Source: a virus (Duplodnaviria; Heunggongvirae; Uroviricota; Caudoviricetes). From it: a DNA stretch of 8,430 nucleotides. The translations under genes and the position numbers were made by a program. Each line of letters starts with the position of its first letter. Within the stretch, counting starts at the first letter, position 1. The stretch lies in the IMG/VR virus record IMGVR_UViG_2684622619_000023, one strand, 5' to 3'. The notes under the pieces are model-generated. The model had not been told where the DNA came from. It did not search any database and worked only from the letters and a program-made list of their open reading frames with translations. This document shows, one piece after another, positions 1 to 5,320 of this stretch.

Positions 1-174
1 CGGATTAAGGCCGTACTGGTTGGCGACGATCAACAATGCGATGAACTGCGCATCGCTGGCATCACCTTTAAATGCCGTCTGGCGAAGAGTGGTGATCAGT
101 TCCTGTGGGTCGACAGAATCCATGCCGACACGTTCAGCCAGCTTCCCTGCCAGCGTTGCGAGTGCTGTACTCAT
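1..174 (-). CDS. bet: Bet (Red beta) single-strand annealing recombinase, N-terminal 58 codons only; the rest lies beyond the left edge of the window
   Basis: Minus-strand ATG at 174-172. Translation MSTALATLAGKLAERVGMDSVDPQELITTLRQTAFKGDASDAQFIALLIVANQYGLNP matches my recollection of the lambda Bet N-terminus. It starts 5 nt after the gam stop, as in lambda. Homology is from memory, not a search. Confidence 0.92.
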   Translation of the reverse strand, partial: MSTALATLAGKLAERVGMDSVDPQELITTLRQTAFKGDASDAQFIALLIVANQYGLNP

Positions 175-179
175 CCGTT

Positions 180-476
180 TTATACCTCTGAATCAATATC
201 AACCTGGTGGTGAGCAATGGTTTCAACCATGTACCGGATGTGTTCTGCCATGCGCTCCTGAAACTCAACATCGTCATCAAACGCACGGGTAATGGCTTTT
301 TTGCTGGCCCCGTGGCGTTGCAAATGATCGATGCAGAGTGATTCAAACAGGTGCTGTGGAAGACCTTTTTCCATGTCGTCTGCCAGTTCTGCCTCTTTCT
401 CTTCACGGGCAATCTGCTGGTAATGACGCGCCCAGCTCTGAGCCTCAAGACGATCCTGAATGTAATAAGCGTTCAT
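180..476 (-). CDS. gam: Gam, host RecBCD nuclease inhibitor, 98-aa short (GamS-length) form
   Basis: 98-aa [101 protein letters not shown], near-identical to the recalled C-terminal 98 residues of lambda Gam. Directly upstream of bet on the same strand. In-frame upstream codons reach a TAA at 531-533 without any ATG, GTG or TTG. Confidence 0.9.
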   Translation of the reverse strand: MNAYYIQDRLEAQSWARHYQQIAREEKEAELADDMEKGLPQHLFESLCIDHLQRHGASKKAITRAFDDDVEFQERMAEHIRYMVETIAHHQVDIDSEV

Positions 477-551
477 GGCTGAACTCCTGAAAATGGCTGT
501 GAATATATCGCCCGCGAAATGCCGGGCTGATTAGGTAAACAGGAAAGGGGA

Positions 552-962
552 TTAGTGATTCAGGCCGTTGCCGCGTCCGTCGAGAAAAACTTCCACGAGC
601 AAATCACGGGTATAAGTGCGCTCGATGCCGCGATGCAGATAAAGCCGTCCGCGTAAATTAGCTGATGCAGTCCAGGTACCATCTTTGTGTTTGACCAGCA
701 TTCCTGGCATGACCGCACCGCGATTAACGGTCTGCGTTCCGTAATGTTGATGAACCATAAAAACTCCTGCCCGTAAGCTGGGCTGCTGAACATATAGAGA
801 CTTCTGCGCGTATTCAGGCGGTGGATGGCCGCCGGTTGTCATAACTAAGCCGCCTCGTTGAAGCGACTGAGGTATGAGGTGTTGAGTTGATTTCAGCTGG
901 TCACACCGACGTTCACGCGTCCGCTTCACCCCTCGCACTTCCCGGAGCCTGCTGAAATTCAA
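552..962 (-). CDS. Hypothetical protein, first ORF downstream of the putative PL (N/kil position); Arg-rich N-terminal segment; start codon uncertain
   Basis: Only substantial ORF between the candidate PL and gam. The track start is a TTG (RC of 960-962); alternative starts are the GTG at the GVK codons, with GGGAAG about 7 nt upstream, or the internal ATG at MTTGG. The stop (cactaa) sits at the position where the lambda kil stop lies relative to gam. N-terminal [20 protein letters not shown] resembles an arginine-rich motif. No recalled homologue; could be partly spurious. Confidence 0.3.
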   Translation of the reverse strand: MNFSRLREVRGVKRTRERRCDQLKSTQHLIPQSLQRGGLVMTTGGHPPPEYAQKSLYVQQPSLRAGVFMVHQHYGTQTVNRGAVMPGMLVKHKDGTWTASANLRGRLYLHRGIERTYTRDLLVEVFLDGRGNGLNH

Positions 963-1029
963 GCTGCGGATCTAAGCGGTCATCGCAACGGTGAATCAGG
1001 TGGTTGCCGTATCGTTGTGTTGTTGCGAT

Positions 1030-1110
1030 GAATTTATTTAAAACTATAGTTGTTTTGTCGTCAACAACAAAAGTTGTTTTATTGGTTTTTTTAGATGTAA
1101 ATGGTTGTAT
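1030..1110 (-). promoter_or_regulatory. Candidate PL promoter with OL operator-like palindromes, directing leftward transcription into the 552-962 ORF, gam and bet
   Basis: On the minus strand: -35 TTGACG (plus 1059-1064), 17-nt spacer ACAAAACAACTATAGTT, -10 TTAAAT (plus 1036-1041). This closely mirrors the PR candidate (TTGACT, spacer AAAAACAACCATAGTTT, TAATCT). GTTGTT/AACAAC half-sites at 1049-1054, 1063-1068 and 1073-1078, and AAATGGTTGT at 1098-1108, are shared with the OR region. Confidence 0.45.
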
Positions 1111-1207
1111 TTAGGATGGATTTATTTTGTGACTTGCATCGCATAGCGATAACTGAAGCGAGGTCGTGGTGGTTTTTTGAATGGTTTGTGTGATGAGGGG
1201 GAGGGGC

Positions 1208-1234
1208 AAAAGAAAACCCGGCACGGTGGCCGGG
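1208..1234 (-). terminator. Rho-independent terminator ending the leftward cI-cassette transcript
   Basis: Minus-strand RNA reads CCCGGC-CACCGU-GCCGGG (6-bp GC stem, 6-nt loop; plus 1217-1234) followed by UUUUCUUUU (plus 1208-1216). It begins 5 nt after the stop of the ASCH gene (1239-1241). Confidence 0.7.
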
Positions 1235-1238
1235 ATTC

Positions 1239-1616
1239 TTACGCAGGTAGGTAAAGATATGATTGTGGTGGCTTAATATTACTACCTAGAGCAGAGATAG
1301 GAATTGGTTCTTTATATCTTTCCACTTCACCAATTTTTATTGCGTAGGCCTTTTCTCTACCTGAATAATATGAGTCATAAAATTGCTTAGAAATACCTGC
1401 GTGTTTTTCCGTCTTTTTCCAAAGAGATTCCGGTTCGTCACTTAGTATTGATTCAATACGGAATTGACCAACAACTTTACCTAATGGCATCGTGGCATAA
1501 ATAACAACGGTGCTAATTTGCGGATTTTTGAATATACCTTTACGAAACTCGAACCGCTTTGTTCCGTTCAATATTTTTTCTGCAAACTCAGGCTTAATGG
1601 ATAATAAAACTTTCAT
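1239..1616 (-). CDS. ASCH-domain (PUA-like fold) protein, 125 aa; second gene of the AT-rich cassette
   Basis: N-terminus MKVLLSIKPEFAEKILNGTKRFEFRKG carries the ASCH GxKxxExR signature (G-T-K-R-F-E-F-R). Size and pattern are typical of standalone ASCH proteins. Overlaps the upstream gene by 23 nt (translational coupling). AT-rich compared with the flanking phage genes. Confidence 0.8.
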   Translation of the reverse strand: MKVLLSIKPEFAEKILNGTKRFEFRKGIFKNPQISTVVIYATMPLGKVVGQFRIESILSDEPESLWKKTEKHAGISKQFYDSYYSGREKAYAIKIGEVERYKEPIPISALGSNIKPPQSYLYLPA

Positions 1617-2667
1617 TTATCTTGCCTAACTCGATGATCTTTAAGAACTGCTCATTTGTGAGTTTAAAGTGACTCCATCGGAATGCACGCGAACCATTTA
1701 GCCCCACATGATCTATTAAAATAGCACGATTGGGTCTCTTTGGCAAAGACAGATTGTATGTGAATCTTATAATGAAAGGGTATCGACGTTCTTTATAGAT
1801 TTTTCTGAGTTCATCTTCAGAAAATACGCTAAAACGAATACAATAGTCTACAAAACTATCTTCGCTTAAAAATTCAGAAATATTTTTTACGCTCTCAACT
1901 ACACATAATGTACTGGCTACAGAACGATAGCGAGCTGGCCCTTTTTTGTCTCCGGTTCTATAGATGACAATGATATCTCCTCTTTTCATTCCCATCACAG
2001 AACGCATTCCACATATGTAAATTTTATGAATGCTGTTAGCATGGGATATATCTTTGACAATATCTGGTGATTCATTTACAAGTTTTGAATCAGGGAATAG
2101 TCTAGTGTGATATTCGGGATAAATCGCCAGTAAATATTTGTTGGCTCTTGATGTCATTATTCGAGGGTAATCTAATAAAATATCACCATAAGGCTCATGC
2201 AAAGACCTCGCATATACAAACTCTTTCCCGTTATGTGTTTCTTTTTCACCATGAATGTAAAATCCGTACGTTTGGAAAAGTTTTATTAGATGGACGTGTT
2301 TGTCGAAAACAGTAACATAAATATCATCAGATTTTGATGAAAATGCATGGTCAAACGCTTTTTTTAGAAATCGTTGTCCGCGAAGGGTGCCTTTAGATTC
2401 AAATTTGAATGTTCCTATCTTTAGATGACGTCCTGGTGGGAGCGCTGGATTAATGTCATTTGCATCATCATTTTCTTTTAGATACATAAAACCTTCGATT
2501 TTATGCTTGTCATCATAGAGCACATAAGCTGATTCTCCTTCTCTGGCTTTTTTTTCTAACCAAAGAGGAAACTCTTTATAATCTTTTTTTAAAGAGTCAA
2601 AAAATGGGTCATTGTGATCAAAATCAGAGAATTTCTCATATTTTAAAGTATCCATTAAGTTCTCCAT
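1594..2667 (-). CDS. Hypothetical two-domain protein, 357 aa: N-terminal GNAT-like acyltransferase-like region, C-terminal PUA-like (EVE/ASCH-type) beta-barrel-like region; first gene of the AT-rich cassette
   Basis: Long AT-rich ORF. N-terminal half has GNAT-like strand/helix patterns (AYVLYDDKHKIEGFMYLK; HLKIGTFKF; GTLRGQRFLKKAFDHA; DDIYVTVFDKHVHLIKLFQTYGFYIHGE). C-terminal half (IYICGMRSVMGMKRGDIIVIYRTGD...YRSVASTLCVVESV) resembles PUA-like barrels. The ATG at 2667-2665 has no good SD; the in-frame ATG at 2655-2653 is preceded by GGAG at 6-nt spacing, so the true start may be 2655 (353 aa). Domain calls are by eye and tentative. Confidence 0.8.
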   Translation of the reverse strand: MENLMDTLKYEKFSDFDHNDPFFDSLKKDYKEFPLWLEKKAREGESAYVLYDDKHKIEGFMYLKENDDANDINPALPPGRHLKIGTFKFESKGTLRGQRFLKKAFDHAFSSKSDDIYVTVFDKHVHLIKLFQTYGFYIHGEKETHNGKEFVYARSLHEPYGDILLDYPRIMTSRANKYLLAIYPEYHTRLFPDSKLVNESPDIVKDISHANSIHKIYICGMRSVMGMKRGDIIVIYRTGDKKGPARYRSVASTLCVVESVKNISEFLSEDSFVDYCIRFSVFSEDELRKIYKERRYPFIIRFTYNLSLPKRPNRAILIDHVGLNGSRAFRWSHFKLTNEQFLKIIELGKINESFIIH

Positions 2668-2735
2668 TCTAAAATGAATAATTAAGTTGTTTTACTGAAT
2701 GAGCACAATGCCCGGTTGATAATTTTTAATTGGTA

Positions 2736-3425
2736 CTATCCATGCTTCCTATACGTCTGCGGCATGCTCCCAATAACTTTCCCGAAGATAAACACCCGGT
2801 TCATCTCGTCTTTCTCGATTGGGTCCCACGGTGAGTAGCTCTTGTTATCAGAGATAACCAGCAGTTTATCCTTCATCATTTGCAGGCGCTTTACATGGGC
2901 TGTGTCGTCGTACAGAAACGCATAGATACCATCACCGTCGAAAGATTTAACCGTGATATCAACGAACAGCAGATCACCAGGTTCAATCGTTCCTGACATG
3001 CTGTCACCGCGTACGTTAATGATGCGGATATTTTCTGCCTTCCTGCCATCGAACATGTGACGAGCATCGTCAAACGAGTACTCAACCGAGCGTAGGACTT
3101 CTACAAACTCACGGTTGATGACACCCGGCCCGGCACTCACTTCTATATCAAGAACGTCAATCTTAAAGTATTTGGAATGGCTGACAGTTGGTTGTATTGG
3201 TTGCACTGTACTGTCTGACATATTTCCAACGCCAGAAGATAACCATTCTGCGCGCACACCCAAAGCGTTCGCGATCTCCACGATTTTAGTTGTTTGATTA
3301 GCTTTCCCTGTTTCGATTTTCTGAATAGCAGCTTGGCTAACCCCGACCAAATCCCCAAGCGCCTTTTGTGTAAGGCCTCGCGCTAATCTGGCTTCTTTAA
3401 GTCTTTCTGAGAGTGTTGTTTTCAT
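2736..3425 (-). CDS. cI: Phage CI-type repressor (XRE-family HTH N-domain + LexA-like S24 peptidase C-domain)
   Basis: 229-aa ORF. N-terminal HTH (LTQKALGDLVGVSQAAIQKIETGK). C-terminal S24 autopeptidase features (GDSMSGTIEPGDLLFVD with catalytic Ser; downstream HVKRL Lys). Divergently oriented from cro across an operator-rich intergenic region. Not lambda-cI-like in sequence, i.e. a different immunity type. Confidence 0.88.
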   Translation of the reverse strand: MKTTLSERLKEARLARGLTQKALGDLVGVSQAAIQKIETGKANQTTKIVEIANALGVRAEWLSSGVGNMSDSTVQPIQPTVSHSKYFKIDVLDIEVSAGPGVINREFVEVLRSVEYSFDDARHMFDGRKAENIRIINVRGDSMSGTIEPGDLLFVDITVKSFDGDGIYAFLYDDTAHVKRLQMMKDKLLVISDNKSYSPWDPIEKDEMNRVFIFGKVIGSMPQTYRKHG

Positions 3426-3529
3426 AGTTCAAATGTACAACCAAGGTTTTATTCCATCAAACGAAAATGGTTGTTGACTAAAAACAACCATAGTTTTAAT
3501 CTTGATTCAAATTAACCACGGAGGTTGTT
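3426..3529. promoter_or_regulatory. Immunity control region: OR operators with divergent PR (rightward to cro) and PRM (leftward to cI) candidates
   Basis: PR: TTGACT 3474-3479, 17-nt spacer, TAATCT 3497-3502, then GGAGG 3520-3524 and cro ATG at 3530. Perfect 9/9 inverted repeat ATGGTTGTT (3467-3475) / AACAACCAT (3483-3491) overlaps the PR -35. Additional half-sites ACAACCA at 3437-3443 and GGTTGTT at 3523-3529. PRM candidate on the minus strand: TTGATG, 17 nt, TACATT, ending about 6 nt before the cI ATG, so cI mRNA may be leaderless as in lambda. Confidence 0.6.
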
Positions 3530-3760
3530 ATGAACCCAGCTATTAAAACAGCGATCAATATCGTTGGTTCACAAAAGAAACTGGGCGCTGCTTGCGAAGT
3601 TTCACAGCAGGCCGTCTATAAGTGGCTTCACAACAAAGCAAAGGTATCCCCTGAACATGTCGGCAGCATTGTTACGGCTACTGGTGGAGTAGTGAAGGCA
3701 CACCAGATTCGCCCGGATCTTCCGAAGTTGTTTCCACACACCGAAAAGAACGCAGCTTAA
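3530..3760 (+). CDS. cro: Cro-like repressor, YdaS-type HTH regulator
   Basis: 76-aa ORF directly downstream of the PR candidate with a GGAGG RBS. HTH-like segment KKLGAACEVSQQAVYKWLHNK. Position and size as for cro; sequence resembles Rac-type YdaS/Cro regulators rather than lambda Cro (from memory). Confidence 0.8.
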   Translation: MNPAIKTAINIVGSQKKLGAACEVSQQAVYKWLHNKAKVSPEHVGSIVTATGGVVKAHQIRPDLPKLFPHTEKNAA

Positions 3761-3772
3761 ATTTCCATTTCA

Positions 3773-3785
3773 CGCTCTTTAACAA
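3773..3785 (+). promoter_or_regulatory. boxA-like element in the nutR position
   Basis: CGCTCTTTAACAA lies 13 nt after the cro stop. It matches the boxA consensus (lambda nut boxA CGCTCTTA; rrn boxA GCTCTTTAACAA). No convincing GC-rich boxB hairpin follows. Confidence 0.4.
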
Positions 3786-3829
3786 TAAGCAATCAACTTA
3801 ACAGTCAATTCAAACTAAAGGAGTCAATT

Positions 3830-4369
3830 ATGCAACCACTTACATACCAACAGACTAGCGGATTTAGCCCGACTGCGGTGATAAATCGTTCTCAAACAAA
3901 ACAGGTGCCAGGCCACGAAAAAATCCGTGATGCCGTCCGCGCCTGGTCGGCTGAAGATAATCAGGATGTCGTTGCCACACTCATTGTGAATGAGTATCGG
4001 GAGCAGGGCGGCGGCACCATCGATTTCCCTGATGATGTCAGCCGTGCACGCCAGAAGCTGTTCCGCTTCCTCGATAACAAATTCGATTCTGAAAAATACC
4101 GAAATAACGTGCGTGAACTGACCCCGGCAATTCTGGCGGTACTACCGCTGGAATATCGCGGTTACCTGGTTGAGCAGGATAGCTTTATGGCTAGGTTGGC
4201 TGAAATGGAAAAGGAACTCAGTGAGGCAAAACAGGCTGTCATTCTCAACGCACCACGCCACCAGAAACTGAAGGAAATTAGTGAAGGTATTGTGTCGATG
4301 TTTCGTGTGGACCCAGATCTGGCTGGTCCACTGATGGCGATGGTCACCACCATGCTGGGGGCAATATGA
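3830..4369 (+). CDS. YdaT-like protein occupying the cII position (function uncertain; regulator or toxin-like)
   Basis: 179-aa ORF with AAGGAG RBS 7 nt upstream. Motifs EYREQGGGTIDFP and LTPAILAVLPLEYR resemble what I recall of the Rac prophage YdaT family, which follows ydaS-type cro genes. Stop overlaps a downstream ATG (ATGA at 4366-4369). Confidence 0.6.
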   Translation: MQPLTYQQTSGFSPTAVINRSQTKQVPGHEKIRDAVRAWSAEDNQDVVATLIVNEYREQGGGTIDFPDDVSRARQKLFRFLDNKFDSEKYRNNVRELTPAILAVLPLEYRGYLVEQDSFMARLAEMEKELSEAKQAVILNAPRHQKLKEISEGIVSMFRVDPDLAGPLMAMVTTMLGAI

Positions 4370-4455
4370 CAGGTTCAGAAATGGCGAAAGCCGGTCTGCT
4401 GGAACAGAACCGACTTTCAGGTGCAAATCGTAACGCACTCATTGCGGGAGGAATT

Positions 4456-5320
4456 ATGGCAAACACTGCTGAGATATTCAATTTTCCAGTGCCGGATGTG
4501 GCACAAAAGGAGCCGCGCGTGGCAGATCTCGATGATGGTTATACGCGCATTGCAAATGAGTTGCTGGAAGCTGTGATGCTGGCCGGATTAACACAGCACC
4601 AGCTTCTGGTCTTCCTGGCTGTCATGCGCAAAACATATGGCTTTAATAAAAAACTGGATTGGGTGAGCAACGAGCAACTTTCCGAATTGACCGGGATATT
4701 GCCGCACAAGTGTTCTGCTGCAAAAAGCGTTCTGGTAAAGCGTGGGATTCTTATTCAGAGCGGGCGGAATACCGGCATTAATAATGTGGTCAGTGAATGG
4801 TCAACATTACCCGAATCAGGTAAGAAAAATAAAGTTTACCTGAAAGAGGTAAATTTACCTGAATCAGGTAAAAAAAGTTTACCCAAATCAGGTAAAGACG
4901 TTTACCCGAATCAGGTAAACACAAAAGACAAAATAACAAAAGACAATATAAAACCTTATTCGTCCGAGAATTCTGGCGAATCCTCTGACCAGCCAGAAAA
5001 CGACCTTCCTGTGGTGAAACCGGATGCTGCGATTCAGAGCGGCAGCAAGTGGGGGACAGCAGAAGACCTGACCGCCGCAGAGTGGATGTTTGANNNNNNN
5101 NNNNNNNNNNNNNNNNNNNNNNNNNNNNNNNNNNNNNNNNNNNTTCCGCTGGGCATGCCAGGACAACTTCTGGTCCGGTAACGTGCTAAGTCCGGCCAAA
5201 CTCCGTGACAAGTGGACCCAACTCGAAATCAACCGTAACAAGCAACAGGCTGGAGTGACAGCCGGAAAATCAAAACTGGACCTGACAAACACTGACTGGA
5301 TTTATGGGGTGGATTTATGA
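4456..5320 (+). CDS. O: Replication initiator protein O (lambda O-like); reading frame interrupted by a 50-nt run of N (5094-5143)
   Basis: ATG at 4456 with GGGAGG 5 nt upstream; N-terminus MANTAEIFNFPVPDVAQKEPRVADLDDGYTRIANELLEA parallels lambda O MTNTAKILNF...VADLDDGYARLSN. After the gap, the frame ending at 5320 gives ...FWSGNVLSPAKLRDKWTQLEINRNKQQAGVTAGKSKLDLTNTDWIYGVDL, matching the lambda O C-terminus. The in-frame ATG at 4366 is an alternative but less likely start. Confidence 0.88.
4807..4956. repeat. Origin of replication (ori-lambda-like) inside the O gene: five 17-bp iterons plus an AT-rich region
   Basis: Iterons TTACC(C/T)(G/A)AA(T/A)(C/G)AGGTAA at 4807-4823, 4836-4852 (degenerate), 4855-4871, 4879-4895 and 4902-4918, each with inverted ends TTACC/GGTAA. 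Followed by the A-rich stretch ACAAAAGACAAAATAACAAAAGACAATATAAAA (4920-4956). Same organisation as lambda ori within the O linker. Confidence 0.8.
5094..5143. other. Run of 50 N (assembly gap or masked bases) inside gene O
   Basis: Directly visible. The O reading frames before and after the run differ by one position, so 50 is not the true missing length. Confidence 0.99.

Noticed and set aside
20-292. 90-aa plus-strand ORF
   Set aside because: Lies antisense to bet and gam, whose minus-strand frames match recalled lambda proteins; no RBS or homology support.
134-448. 104-aa minus-strand ORF overlapping gam in another frame
   Set aside because: The gam frame (180-476) carries the Gam-like sequence; this is a shadow frame.
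560-793. 77-aa minus-strand ORF nested in the 552-962 ORF
   Set aside because: Alternative frame with no recognisable features; cannot be distinguished from chance, so only the longer ORF is reported, and that at low confidence.
971-979. Possible nutL boxA (minus-strand CCGCTTAGA) in the PL leader
   Set aside because: Lacks the CTCTT core of boxA and has no adjacent boxB-like hairpin; too weak to call.
987-995. 9-mer GAATCAGGT identical to the ori iteron core, found in the PL leader
   Set aside because: A single 9-mer match with no flanking TTACC/GGTAA palindrome; plausibly chance in an 8.4-kb window.
2891-3358. Three small ORFs (minus 2891-3085, plus 3115-3297, minus 3143-3358) inside the repressor gene
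   Set aside because: All are embedded within the cI coding region in other frames or strand; the cI frame has clear HTH and S24 peptidase features.
4142-4438. Minus-strand ORFs (98 aa and 63 aa) antisense to the YdaT-like gene
   Set aside because: Shadow ORFs opposite a supported coding frame; no RBS or homology. I also looked here for an oop-like antisense RNA terminator and found no convincing hairpin with a U-tract.
4366-4455. 30-codon N-terminal extension of O starting at the ATG overlapping the YdaT-like stop
   Set aside because: The lambda-O-like N-terminus begins at the ATG at 4456, which has a strong GGGAGG RBS; the extension has no counterpart in lambda O. Kept as an alternative start only.
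4807-4918. Tandem short repeats that could superficially be taken for a CRISPR array
   Set aside because: Repeats are 17 bp with irregular 2-12 nt spacers, lie inside the O reading frame and are followed by an AT-rich region: a replication origin iteron array, not CRISPR.
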